A DNA stretch of 63,610 nucleotides, counting the filler, from Candidatus Woesearchaeota archaeon (GTDB taxonomy: Archaea > Nanobdellota > Nanobdellia > Woesearchaeales > J072): NCBI GenBank assembly GCA_003695265.1. It is 8 parts of 8 records of this genome, joined end to end, with 100 filler letters (N's around TTAATTAATTAA, not from the genome) between each part and the next. Parts side by side here need not be neighbours in the genome. Positions count along the whole stretch, not along the records: positions 12,288 to 36,480 come from RFII01000016.1; positions 36,581 to 39,495 come from RFII01000017.1; 6 more parts are not named here. One strand, 5' to 3'. The position numbers and the translations under genes are program-made. The notes under the pieces were generated by a model. The model searched no databases. It saw only the letters and a program-made list of their open reading frames with translations, and had not been told where the DNA came from. Every line of letters begins with the position of its first letter. The first letter of the stretch is position 1. Below, piece after piece: positions 29,351 to 38,792 of the stretch.

Positions 29351-31831
29351 ATGGTTGACTTTAATAGCATTGCAAAGAAGTGGCAGAAGAAATGGGAAGA
29401 GAAGGGAATATTCCATGTGAGAGAAGACTCAAAGAAGAAGAAGTATTATGTTCTTGAAATGTATCCTTACCCCAGCGGCTCAGGCCTGCACATGGGCCAC
29501 GCCAGGAATTACTGCATCGGCGACGTTTTTGCTCGGTATAAAAGAATGCAGGGCTTTAATGTTCTTTATCCAATGGGTTATGACAGCTTTGGGTTGCCAG
29601 CTGAAAACGCTGCTATCAAAGCAAAGTCCCACCCGAAGATTTTCACTGAGAAAGCAATTGTGCAGTTTGAGAAGCAACAGAGAGCTTTAGGCCTTAGTTA
29701 TGACTGGAACCGCAGGATAATGAGCCATTCCCCTGACTATTACAAGTGGGACCAGTGGATTTTCCTGCAGATGTACAAGAAAGGCCTTGTTTACAAGAAG
29801 AAGTCTATAGTTAATTGGTGCCCTGAGTGCAACACAGTATTGGCAAACGAGCAGGTTCATAACGGAAAGTGTTGGCGCCACACAGAAACAACTGTTGAGG
29901 TCAAGGATTTGGAGCAGTGGTTCATAAGGATAACTGACTACGCTGAAGAATTGCTGAAGGATATTGACAAGCTGAAAGGCTGGGCTGAAGATGTCAAAAT
30001 AATGCAAAGAAACTGGATTGGGAAAAGCAAAGGAGCTCTTATTGATTTCACGATTGAGGGGACTGACAAAAAAATCACTGTTTTCACGACGAGGCCTGAC
30101 ACTTTTTTTGGTATAACCTTTTTGGTTTATGCGCCTGAGCATCCTGAAGTAAGGGAGCTTGTCAAGGGAACAGAGTATGAAAAACGAGTTGAAGAATTCG
30201 TAAAGAAAGTTGTTCAGGAAGACCGATTCAAAAGAACATCAGATGAGTATGAGAAAGAGGGAATGTTTATTGGCAGGTATGCTATAAACCCAATAACAAA
30301 AGAGAAAATACCTATTTACATCGCAAACTTTGTCCTTTATGAGTACGGCACTGGCGCTATTATTGCGGTTCCGGCTCATGATGAGCGCGACTTCCAGTTC
30401 GCAAAAAAATACAATATTCCGATAAAAGTTGTTATTAATCCTCCTGAATACGAGCTTGATCCTGAGAAAATGTCCAGGTCTTACATGGGCGACGGCGTGA
30501 TGGTCAACTCAGGAGAATTTAATGGTATGAATAACCGCGACGCCATTCCTGAAATCATAAAGTTCCTTGAGAAGAACAAGTGCGGCAGAGCAACAACGCA
30601 GTACAAGCTGAGGGACTGGCTTATTTCTCGGCAAAGGTTCTGGGGCTGCCCGATACCAATAATTTACTGCGAAAAATGCGGCATTGTTCCTGTCCCGGAA
30701 AAAGACCTGCCAGTAAAACTGCCTGAGGATTTCAAGTTTACCCAGACAAAAGGAAACCCTCTAGAAAGCTGCAAAGAGTTTGTTAACGCAAAATGCCCTA
30801 AATGCAGCGGAAAAGCAAGAAGAGAGACTGATACAATGGACACTTTTATTGATTCATCCTGGTATTTCCTGCGATATTGCGACCCAAAAAACATGGAAAA
30901 ACCGTTTGACCCTGAAAAAGCTGATTACTGGATGCCTATTGACATGTACATCGGTGGAAAAGAGCATGCGACAATGCACCTCATTTATTTCAGGTTTTTC
31001 ACAAAATTTCTAAGAGATATAGGAATGCTAAAGATTGATGAGCCAGCACTCAACCTGTACAATCAGGGCATGCTTCACAAGGGCGGCTTCGTAATGTCTA
31101 AAAGCAGGGGCAATGTTGTGACTCAGGAGGAGATTTCAGAAAAGTACGGTATTGACACAGCACGCTTTTTCTTGATGTTCGTTGCAGGGCCTGACAAGGA
31201 CATGGAATGGGATGACAAGGCTGTTGAGGGCTCATTTAAGTTTTTGAAAAGGTTTTACAGGCTGATCACAGAGAAAGAGATTGTTAATGAAAAGTTCAGG
31301 AATCAGGAAAGCAAAATGCATAAAACAATAAAAGAGGTCACAAAGAACATTGAGGAGATTAAGTATAACATTGCCTTGATTAAGATAATGGACTTCACAA
31401 ATTACTTGAGCAATCAAGAAAAAGTCAGCAGGGAAGCTGCTGAAAACCTTGTTTTGATGCTTGCGCCTTTCACTCCGCATCTTTGCGAGGAATTATGGGA
31501 GAAGCTTGGCAAAAAGCCTTTTGTTTCCCTAGCAAAATGGCCGGCTTACGACGAGAAAAAGATTGATAAAAAGCTGGAAGAGCAGGAAGCTGCGCAGAAT
31601 AAGTTAAGAGAGGACGTCCGTCACATAATAGGCTTGATAAAGAAAAATCCTTCAAAGATTTATATTTATGTGATTCCTAACGAGCTTTCAACATTTGAAA
31701 GCGTCGCTGACAAGATAAAGGATGAGTTCTCATGCGAAGTCTTTGTTGAGGCTTCCAACAAGGTAAGCTATGATCCTCAGGGCAAGGCAAAGAAGGCAAA
31801 GCCGGGAAAACCAGCAATATTTGTTGAGTGA
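29351..31831 (+). CDS. leuS: Leucyl-tRNA synthetase, bacterial-type core
   Basis: LEMYPYPSG, HMGH, DSFGLPAENAAIK, FTTRPDT, DWLISRQR, VMSKS. Confidence 0.96.
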   Translation: MVDFNSIAKKWQKKWEEKGIFHVREDSKKKKYYVLEMYPYPSGSGLHMGHARNYCIGDVFARYKRMQGFNVLYPMGYDSFGLPAENAAIKAKSHPKIFTEKAIVQFEKQQRALGLSYDWNRRIMSHSPDYYKWDQWIFLQMYKKGLVYKKKSIVNWCPECNTVLANEQVHNGKCWRHTETTVEVKDLEQWFIRITDYAEELLKDIDKLKGWAEDVKIMQRNWIGKSKGALIDFTIEGTDKKITVFTTRPDTFFGITFLVYAPEHPEVRELVKGTEYEKRVEEFVKKVVQEDRFKRTSDEYEKEGMFIGRYAINPITKEKIPIYIANFVLYEYGTGAIIAVPAHDERDFQFAKKYNIPIKVVINPPEYELDPEKMSRSYMGDGVMVNSGEFNGMNNRDAIPEIIKFLEKNKCGRATTQYKLRDWLISRQRFWGCPIPIIYCEKCGIVPVPEKDLPVKLPEDFKFTQTKGNPLESCKEFVNAKCPKCSGKARRETDTMDTFIDSSWYFLRYCDPKNMEKPFDPEKADYWMPIDMYIGGKEHATMHLIYFRFFTKFLRDIGMLKIDEPALNLYNQGMLHKGGFVMSKSRGNVVTQEEISEKYGIDTARFFLMFVAGPDKDMEWDDKAVEGSFKFLKRFYRLITEKEIVNEKFRNQESKMHKTIKEVTKNIEEIKYNIALIKIMDFTNYLSNQEKVSREAAENLVLMLAPFTPHLCEELWEKLGKKPFVSLAKWPAYDEKKIDKKLEEQEAAQNKLREDVRHIIGLIKKNPSKIYIYVIPNELSTFESVADKIKDEFSCEVFVEASNKVSYDPQGKAKKAKPGKPAIFVE

Positions 31832-31835
31832 GAAT

Positions 31836-31904
31836 TGCCCTGCTTACTCACTCTTCTTCACAGTTTCTTTTAGTAGAAACTCAGAGAGCTTAAGGAGCAG
31901 GGCA
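31836..31904. terminator. Hairpin between convergent leuS and rpoN
   Basis: TGCCCTGCT/AGCAGGGCA enclosing AGTTTCT/AGAAACT. Confidence 0.4.
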
Positions 31905-31960
31905 GAGTAATTAAAGAAGTGTTTTCTATAAAAATATTTTTCTTTTAAACAAGAAAGAAT

Positions 31961-32158
31961 TTAAAATTTCTTGAACTTCGCTGCTGTGTCGATAAGGTCA
32001 ACGTGTCCTAGGAAAAGGCCTCTGCAGCAGTACCTTTTCAAGCCGAGCTCGTCCATGACTTTCTTCCTGTCCTCGCCTTTCTCAACCCTTTCCTTGTATT
32101 CCTCCCACAAATGGCCTACTGGCTTTCCGCATGAAAAGCATCGTACTGGTATAATCAT
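31961..32158 (-). CDS. rpoN: RNA polymerase subunit Rpo10 (N)
   Basis: MIIPVRCFSCGK...RYCCR. Confidence 0.97.
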   Translation of the reverse strand: MIIPVRCFSCGKPVGHLWEEYKERVEKGEDRKKVMDELGLKRYCCRGLFLGHVDLIDTAAKFKKF

Positions 32159-32164
32159 GTTTAA

Positions 32165-32563
32165 TCACCTGTATGATTTTTGGCGTTTCTTTCTCGCCTT
32201 TGAGTCGTTCGGCTTGCAGGGCTCTTTTCTTCTTACGTCAGCAACCAACATCTGCCTGTCATACCTTTCAAGCTCTTCCTTTAGCTTGGCGTTTTTAGTC
32301 CATTCCACCAACGCCCTGCCTATCGCCAGCCTAACAGCTGCTGCTTGGCTTGAAATTCCACCGCCATAAACGTTCACATCAATGTTTATTTTATTTGAGA
32401 CATCTCCCGCAATTAACAACGGCTCGCGGATTTTTTGCCGCAAGAAGCTCGGCTCAAAAATATCAAGTTTTACTTTGTTTATCCTAATGTTTCCTGTACC
32501 TTCCCTAACCGTGGCTCTTGCAACTGCTCTTTTCCTTTTTCCTGACGTGTGTACTATTTTCAT
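32165..32563 (-). CDS. rps9: 30S ribosomal protein uS9
   Basis: GKRKRAVARA, GGG..SQA, QKSYR. Confidence 0.97.
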   Translation of the reverse strand: MKIVHTSGKRKRAVARATVREGTGNIRINKVKLDIFEPSFLRQKIREPLLIAGDVSNKINIDVNVYGGGISSQAAAVRLAIGRALVEWTKNAKLKEELERYDRQMLVADVRRKEPCKPNDSKARKKRQKSYR

Positions 32564-32976
32564 AATTTTGCACCTAATTGCTTGCTTATTTGCTCAATAG
32601 TGATAAGCTTGGGTATCATTAGTTTTGAGGCTTCTGCGCCTTTTATTGAAGTTGTCTCTTTGTCTTTTAACTCTTCTGGCACTCCCTTGTAGCACATAAT
32701 CCTTTTCATGGCTTCTCTTCCGCGCTCTTTCTTGTATGGAAGCATACCTCTTATCATCCTCTTCATTATTCTTTCAGGGCTTTTCGGATAAAACGGTCCT
32801 TTTGTTGGTGTTCCTCTTTCACGCTTTTGCTTGAAGTCAGCAATAGTTCTTTTTGCTCTGCCGCTGATAACTGCTTTTTCACAGTTGATTATTTCTATTT
32901 TTTCGCCTAGCAAAGCCTTTTTTGCAGCAAACGTTGCAATCCTTCCTGCTATAAGGTTTGTTGCGTCGATGATCAT
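32560..32976 (-). CDS. rpl13: 50S ribosomal protein uL13
   Basis: IIDA...GRIA, RGMLPYK. Confidence 0.96.
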   Translation of the reverse strand: MIIDATNLIAGRIATFAAKKALLGEKIEIINCEKAVISGRAKRTIADFKQKRERGTPTKGPFYPKSPERIMKRMIRGMLPYKKERGREAMKRIMCYKGVPEELKDKETTSIKGAEASKLMIPKLITIEQISKQLGAKL

Positions 32977-33320
32977 CCTATAATCCTCACCTTGGACCCT
33001 TTTGGGTTTTTTTGAATAAGCTCTTTTAATGAAAGAAGCGTTGATCCTGAAGACCTAATTTTTTCTGCTGCCTGCTCTGAAGCGTCAAAAGCTGCTATCA
33101 CAAGCTTTTTGTTGAGGTCTCCTGATCCAAGCACTTTTCCTGGAACAACAACTGTTTCGCCCTCTTTTGAGTAAAGGTTTATTCTAAACAAGTTGACAAC
33201 CCTTCTCCTGCGCGTAGATTTCTCTAAGTCGGTTGCGATGCGCTTCCAGATTTTTACTTTGTTGTCTATGGAAGCCTTCTTGAGTTCTCCAATCAGTTTT
33301 TGAAGTTGCTCGTTTTTCAT
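32973..33320 (-). CDS. rpl18e: 50S ribosomal protein eL18
   Basis: IWKRIA, VNL, VVVPGKVLGSG; true start ATG 33320. Confidence 0.95.
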   Translation of the reverse strand: MKNEQLQKLIGELKKASIDNKVKIWKRIATDLEKSTRRRRVVNLFRINLYSKEGETVVVPGKVLGSGDLNKKLVIAAFDASEQAAEKIRSSGSTLLSLKELIQKNPKGSKVRIIG

Positions 33321-33330
33321 CTTATTATAA

Positions 33331-33479
33331 TGCGGGGGACGCGATTTGAACGCGCGCACCCACTAAGGGACAAGGCCCTCAACCCTACGCTCCCAATAAG
33401 GGAATTGCGCATTTGGCCACGCAGAGTTCGGCGTTCCGAACGCAGAACGCTGCTATTGACCAGGCTCTGCCACCCCCGC
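33331..33479 (-). tRNA. tRNA-Leu(GAG) with two introns (33455-33413 and 33404-33385)
   Basis: Spliced 86-nt cloverleaf: acceptor GCGGGGG/CCCCCGC, anticodon arm CAAGG-UUGAGGG-CCUUG, long variable arm, T-loop UUCAAAU. Confidence 0.92.
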
Positions 33480-33491
33480 AATCAGCAGGAG

Positions 33492-34280
33492 TTATTTCTT
33501 AGCCTTCAGCTGTTTTACCAGCTCATCTAATTTTTTATTTATAGTTTTTGTTGCAGTTAGGACCATTTCTCTGGGGGTTAATTGACCCCACGACTCAACG
33601 TTGAATATGAAAGTGTTCTCATCATATGTTACTTTAATTATATCGTCATTCACTCCGTCAACAGCCTCAACAAGGTCGTTGCTTAATATCAGATTCTTGT
33701 CAATCTTACCTGTCTTAGTGAAGATGCCTGTAGGATATTTATCTTTGTACTCGTCAATGTTTTTTGCCTTTTCGTTTATTGTAATGTTTGGTTTCAGCTT
33801 AAAAAAAACATGACCTGGAGACCACTTGGCATGCTCTTTCCCTATGCCGAGCTGGGCTGTTGCAGTCAATTGAATCTCCTGGTTTTTCAGCAGTTTTACT
33901 ATTGGAGTAGCAGGATGAACAGGCTTGACTTTCGGGTCTTTTGACTTGATGTCTTTGGCATAAACAGTGCATGGCCCCTTTGCTTTGAGGGTCATTTTCA
34001 GCTGGCATTGCGCGCAGCCTTTTCCCTTGCATTTGCATTCATTTGGAAGGTTGTATGATTTAAGGTCAGTTTTGAGCACTAAGAGTCCAAGTCTTAAAGC
34101 GATCATTTCATCATACAGGATGGAGCTGTTGTCCTTGAATTCCACTGTTTCAATTGCCATTGTTGGAACTTCGTTAATTATTGTTGTCCTGAGAAGATTG
34201 ACGAAAGAGTTTTCAATGTTTTTTATCATGAATGAAAGAAAACCTTCATTCACGTTTTTTTCTAATGCGCGAATCTCCAT
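33492..34280 (-). CDS. rpoD: RNA polymerase subunit Rpo3 (D)
   Basis: EVPTMAIE, NSSILYDEMIALRLGL, GKEHAKW, VESWGQL. Confidence 0.96.
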   Translation of the reverse strand: MEIRALEKNVNEGFLSFMIKNIENSFVNLLRTTIINEVPTMAIETVEFKDNSSILYDEMIALRLGLLVLKTDLKSYNLPNECKCKGKGCAQCQLKMTLKAKGPCTVYAKDIKSKDPKVKPVHPATPIVKLLKNQEIQLTATAQLGIGKEHAKWSPGHVFFKLKPNITINEKAKNIDEYKDKYPTGIFTKTGKIDKNLILSNDLVEAVDGVNDDIIKVTYDENTFIFNVESWGQLTPREMVLTATKTINKKLDELVKQLKAKK

Positions 34281-34283
34281 TTT

Positions 34284-34757
34284 TTAAACCCTCCTCCCTC
34301 TTCGCCCTCCTTTTTTCCTACAGCCGTCGTGTGGAAGAGGAGTAACATCTTCAATAATTCCTATTCTTAATCCCATTCTTGACAGTGCGCGGACTGCTGC
34401 CTGTGCTCCAGGCCCTGGATTGTTTGGGCCGTTATGGCCTCCCGGCGCTTTTATCCTGACATGAATTGAGTTTATTCCTTTTTCCATGGCAATCTCTGCT
34501 GCTTTCTTCGCAGCCATCATGGCAGCTGTTGGAGAACCTTCCATTCTGTCTGATTTCACAACCTGCCCGCCTGATGTTCTTGCAATTGTCTCTGTGTTGG
34601 TAATGTCTGTTATGTGAATTATTGTATTGTTGTATGATGAGTATATGTGGGCCACACCCCACCTTTGCGGAGCTTTCTGTGAGTTTGCCTTATTACTATT
34701 TTGAGGTTGTTTTTTAGATGGCTTCGTAGTTTCTTGTGTTGGTTTTTCCTTGCTCAT
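34284..34757 (-). CDS. rps11: 30S ribosomal protein uS11
   Basis: [29 protein letters not shown]. Confidence 0.97.
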   Translation of the reverse strand: MSKEKPTQETTKPSKKQPQNSNKANSQKAPQRWGVAHIYSSYNNTIIHITDITNTETIARTSGGQVVKSDRMEGSPTAAMMAAKKAAEIAMEKGINSIHVRIKAPGGHNGPNNPGPGAQAAVRALSRMGLRIGIIEDVTPLPHDGCRKKGGRRGRRV

Positions 34758-35329
34758 TTTTCTTCTTTCTTAACGGTTTTTACTTCTTTTTTCTTCGGCT
34801 TTTCTTTCTTTGGCTTCACAACAACCCTTTCTGGGTGATCATCAGCTGCTAGAGGAGATTTAGAAACAAATTTGATTAAGTCTTCCTCATCTGTCCTAAC
34901 AAGGTATGATGGAACAGCAATGTTTTTCTCTCCAATAGTTATGTGCCTGTGAACAATGAATTGGCGCGCCTGTTTCATTGACCTTGCAAGGCCTTTCTTA
35001 TAAACTACTGTTTGCAACCTTCTTCCGAGAAGATCCCTAACACTAAGGCCGAGAACATCATCAAGAGTCGCATTTTTTTTCAGCAGGCCAAGGTTGTGCA
35101 ATCGATCAAACAATTGGCTTTTTTCTAAATCAGCTTGCTTTCCTGTTAAGGGAATAAGTTTTTTCGCTTGTCTTTTGAAATTTCTCAGAAGAGTGTTTGT
35201 CTTCCATATTTCTTTTTTGTTTTTAAGGCCGAAATCCCTTATAAGCTCCTTTTCCTCTTCAATTCTAACCTTTTCCCAAGGATGGCTAGGCTTTGAATAC
35301 TTTTTTTTCGGCTTTTTTGGGTCTCCCAT
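34754..35329 (-). CDS. rps4: 30S ribosomal protein uS4
   Basis: [29 protein letters not shown]. Confidence 0.97.
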   Translation of the reverse strand: MGDPKKPKKKYSKPSHPWEKVRIEEEKELIRDFGLKNKKEIWKTNTLLRNFKRQAKKLIPLTGKQADLEKSQLFDRLHNLGLLKKNATLDDVLGLSVRDLLGRRLQTVVYKKGLARSMKQARQFIVHRHITIGEKNIAVPSYLVRTDEEDLIKFVSKSPLAADDHPERVVVKPKKEKPKKKEVKTVKKEEK

Positions 35330-35341
35330 ATGATTACACCT

Positions 35342-35824
35342 TTACACTTTGCCCGACTTTACTTTTTTCTTCTGCACTCCAAGTCCTTTTCCTTTATTTT
35401 TTCTAAAGTTTGATTTTGTTCTTTGGCCGCGGACAGGCAGACCGTAAGCGTGCCTAAATCCCTTGTAAGACTTAATCATTTTCATCCTTTTGATGTCGTT
35501 GTCCCTTATGAATTTGATGTCTGTGGTTAGTATGTGAAGGTCTTCGCCAGTCTCATAATCTCTTCTTCTGTTCAGCATCCATGAGGGAGCTCCGAATTTC
35601 TTCGGGTTTTTAAGAATCTCGTCTATTTTCTTAATTTCAGGATCCAACAATGTGCCTGTTTTCTTTTGCTTGTCAACTCCTGCCAGCGCGCAAACAGCAT
35701 TGGCTAGCATGAAGCTGACCCCCTTAATTTTGCGCATGGCGTGCACTATTGGCTTATTGCCGTCTAAGTCAGTGTTCACAATCCTTACAATGTGTTTGAA
35801 TCCTGGTTTTTTTTCTTCCATCAT
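35342..35824 (-). CDS. rps13: 30S ribosomal protein uS13
   Basis: IVRIVNTDLDG, WMLNRRRD, GLPVRGQRTKS. Confidence 0.97.
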   Translation of the reverse strand: MMEEKKPGFKHIVRIVNTDLDGNKPIVHAMRKIKGVSFMLANAVCALAGVDKQKKTGTLLDPEIKKIDEILKNPKKFGAPSWMLNRRRDYETGEDLHILTTDIKFIRDNDIKRMKMIKSYKGFRHAYGLPVRGQRTKSNFRKNKGKGLGVQKKKVKSGKV

Positions 35825-35949
35825 GAATAGAGCAGCTTAGAACGTCTTTTAAAACCCTATAGACGCTCATTCGAACTCGGGCTCTTGAGCCGAGAGAAAG
35901 AGAAGTAATATTTAAAGCTTTTGATTGCGAAAGCTGAAAAAACAAGGTT

Positions 35950-36480
35950 TTATAATGTTTTAAGGCTGAAACCTGTCGGGTCTGGCGTGAATACTTCTGC
36001 TTTTAGTTTTGGAGGAAGGTACCAAACCAGTAGGTAAAACATTGCTGAATGGCCTATGAAAGGCCCTGATTCTGGCTTTTTAATATTGTATTTTTCTGCT
36101 AATAAGTACAACATGTCAAACCAAAATGGCAATAACTGGTCATCTATCGCACCATAAACATCTTTTGCTTCTTTGAACAAGTTGGACATTTGATAGCATA
36201 CTTTTAAATCGCTTAGTTGTGACTTTGTCAGCCTTTTTGAGGCGGAATTAAAGATTTGCTTGATTTTGCCTTTAATAAGGTCATGTCTTCTTTTGAGTTC
36301 AAGATTTTTCTCATGAAACTCAAAAGCATGGATGATGTTGTTGTAAATGCTGAGGTTATCCCCTCTTATTTTTGCGTTTTCAATTGGAAATCTTAAAAGT
36401 TGGTAGGCTTTCTTCACTTCTGCATTGTCTTTATGGTTGTTCATATAATCAAGAATGTTATCAATTATGGGATAACACTC
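35950..36480 (-). CDS. Hypothetical protein, 5' truncated at contig end
   Basis: Frame open to contig edge. Confidence 0.55.
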   Translation of the reverse strand, partial: ECYPIIDNILDYMNNHKDNAEVKKAYQLLRFPIENAKIRGDNLSIYNNIIHAFEFHEKNLELKRRHDLIKGKIKQIFNSASKRLTKSQLSDLKVCYQMSNLFKEAKDVYGAIDDQLLPFWFDMLYLLAEKYNIKKPESGPFIGHSAMFYLLVWYLPPKLKAEVFTPDPTGFSLKTL

Positions 36481-36620
36481 NNNNNNNNNNNNNNNNNNNN
36501 NNNNNNNNNNNNNNNNNNNNNNNNTTAATTAATTAANNNNNNNNNNNNNNNNNNNNNNNNNNNNNNNNNNNNNNNNNNNNATATAAATATATTTTAAGTA
36601 TGAAATCATCTTACTATTAA

Positions 36621-37364
36621 ATGAAGCAAAAAATTGCCATATCTCTTGATGAATCACTCCTTAAGCTTGTTGACAGCAAGGTGGATGGCTCAATTATCCG
36701 CTCAAGATCACAGGCAATAGAATACTATCTTAACAAAGGAATAAAGGAAGCGTCAGTCACCACAGCAATAATCCTTCTGAAAGCAGCATACCATCCAAAA
36801 GCGTTGGCAGTTGTTAAGGGAAAAACAGTTCAGAGGCATCAGATTGATTTTCTGAAGAGTAAAGGCATCAAAAAAATATTAATTGTCACACAGCACTCCA
36901 AGCTTATGAACAAACTTTTGGAAGAATCTCATGACAAAGATATTCCTGTTGAAATTCTTGAGCGCAAAGCTGACACAAACATGGAAGCACTTAACCTTAT
37001 TCGCGACAATATTGAGCAAGAAAATTTCCTTGTTCTTGCAGGAGGCATTTTTGTTGAGTTCGACCTCGCAAACATGGTAAAAAAACATTTGCAGCACGAT
37101 AAACTTGTTACAATGGGATTAATGGTAAGGCAAAACCCCCAGAATTTTGGAAACGTGGAAATGTCAGGCGACTTAATAGTCAAGTTTATCGAAAAGCCGA
37201 AAAATCCAGTATCAAATATTGTCAATGCAGGATTCTATATTTTCAAGCCGGAAACCTTTGAGCTATTCACCAAAGGATCATTTGAGCGCGACCTCTTCCC
37301 GAAACTGGCTAAAATAAAACAGCTGGTCGGCTTTTTCTCTTATGGAGAAGACATTCACCTTTGA
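36621..37364 (+). CDS. Ribbon-helix-helix domain fused to an NDP-sugar nucleotidyltransferase-like domain
   Basis: KIAISLD..LL..VD...SRSQAIE (RHH); F.EKP, VNAGFYIF, FERDLFPKLA. Confidence 0.75.
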   Translation: MKQKIAISLDESLLKLVDSKVDGSIIRSRSQAIEYYLNKGIKEASVTTAIILLKAAYHPKALAVVKGKTVQRHQIDFLKSKGIKKILIVTQHSKLMNKLLEESHDKDIPVEILERKADTNMEALNLIRDNIEQENFLVLAGGIFVEFDLANMVKKHLQHDKLVTMGLMVRQNPQNFGNVEMSGDLIVKFIEKPKNPVSNIVNAGFYIFKPETFELFTKGSFERDLFPKLAKIKQLVGFFSYGEDIHL

Positions 37365-38452
37365 GAAAGCAGTTTTTTTGCAGCTTCAAAAACCTCTTGG
37401 ACTGTTATCGCCCTTAAGCATTTCCCGCCGCAAACGTCTTCATCAGGGAAAATTTCAAGGTGGGTGTGAATGCAAGGCGGGTGTTTTGCCTTGTAAAATG
37501 AAATGTTGCCTTTGCCATAAGGGTGGTACCTTACAGGCGTGTTCGGCCCGAAAAGCCCAATAACCCTGCTTCCCTGCGCTGCTGCTGCGTGCATAGGCCC
37601 AGTGTCATTGCTTATGAAAATCTTGCACCTCCCCATTAATTCAACGCCCTGCTTCAAGTTCAGAACGCCGGCAGAATTCATCGCTTTGTTCTTCATCATT
37701 CTTATTATCCTTTCATTCAAGTCTTTATCTTTAGGCCCTCCGACAAACACTACTTTAACATTCATTTCATCAATCAGCATATCAGCCACTTTCGCAAAGT
37801 TTTCTGCAGGCCACCTCCTCGTCTCAGAAGCACTTTCAGCTGAGGCAGCGCACATCCCAACAACAACATCACCTTTCTTAACCCCATTTTTCTTCAGGAA
37901 AAAGTCAACTTTTCTCTTGTCTTCTCGAGAAACATAAATCCTGCCCATTGATTCCGGCTTAAGATCAGCACCGACAGCCCTTGTTAAGTTAAGCATCGTT
38001 TCAACTGTATGAACATTATCATCAAACCTTACCCTGTCAGTGTAAAGCCTTGCTCTCAAACCATGAGAAAAACCAACCCTCCTTTTGCCAAGGTAAAAAG
38101 ACGCCAGCGCTGATATTCTCAAATACGGCTCTGTGTCAATCACCAAATCATACTTCCTGAACATAGGGATTAGGCAAAGCCCTAATTCCACAACCTCATT
38201 TATTTTTGGGTTAAGTGTGAACACATCCCTGCTTCTTTTTGTGGCGAGCACATCGATCTTAGCTTTAGGAAACTTTTTTTTTAGCGCAGCAATAACCGGA
38301 AGGCACATCACAGACTCGCCTAAAGTCCACAGCCTTATCACAAGTATCCTTTCAAACTTGTTTTTCTTTGATGGAAAACTAAAAAGCCCAAATATTATGC
38401 TAAGAAAGCTTCCAATATACAAATCAATTACTCTTAGGATTTTAACATTCAT
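37355..38452 (-). CDS. GT9 glycosyltransferase (ADP-heptose heptosyltransferase-like)
   Basis: RLWTLGE, RRWP, SNDTGPMHAAAA, LFGP. Confidence 0.9.
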   Translation of the reverse strand: MNVKILRVIDLYIGSFLSIIFGLFSFPSKKNKFERILVIRLWTLGESVMCLPVIAALKKKFPKAKIDVLATKRSRDVFTLNPKINEVVELGLCLIPMFRKYDLVIDTEPYLRISALASFYLGKRRVGFSHGLRARLYTDRVRFDDNVHTVETMLNLTRAVGADLKPESMGRIYVSREDKRKVDFFLKKNGVKKGDVVVGMCAASAESASETRRWPAENFAKVADMLIDEMNVKVVFVGGPKDKDLNERIIRMMKNKAMNSAGVLNLKQGVELMGRCKIFISNDTGPMHAAAAQGSRVIGLFGPNTPVRYHPYGKGNISFYKAKHPPCIHTHLEIFPDEDVCGGKCLRAITVQEVFEAAKKLLSQR

Positions 38453-38787
38453 TTTTTGTTCTTCTTATTAAGAGCAACTTCCCTTACAATACCTGTTATG
38501 TCCTGCTCAATCTTCTCCAGCTTAATATACACCCTGAACGTCATGTAAAACAAGAAAATAATGCTCATGTAAACCATAAAGTCAATGCCCCTCCCAACAC
38601 CAAAAAGTTTTGAGAAAAAACCGGTTATTCCAGGAACAAAAGCAACTAATATTATAAGCAGCCATATCACACTCCATATAACAAACTCGTTCTTCGTTAT
38701 GTCATTATCCTTAAACCTTATAACAACCCTGCTGAACGCGAAAACACCGAAGAGAATTCCAATAATCTGTATAAGGTGCATTTCCAT
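38449..38787 (-). CDS. DUF2304-family membrane protein
   Basis: GVGRGIDF, IEQDIT.IVRE.AL; paired with GT2. Confidence 0.85.
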   Translation of the reverse strand: MEMHLIQIIGILFGVFAFSRVVIRFKDNDITKNEFVIWSVIWLLIILVAFVPGITGFFSKLFGVGRGIDFMVYMSIIFLFYMTFRVYIKLEKIEQDITGIVREVALNKKNKK

Positions 38788-38792
38788 TTTTC

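Noticed and set aside
33300..33530. 76-aa ORF and the N-terminal extension of eL18 to 33359
   Set aside because: Both overlap the intron-containing tRNA-Leu.
33492..34280. RpoD lacking Fe-S cluster cysteines in domain 3
   Set aside because: Known variation among archaeal Rpo3 proteins.
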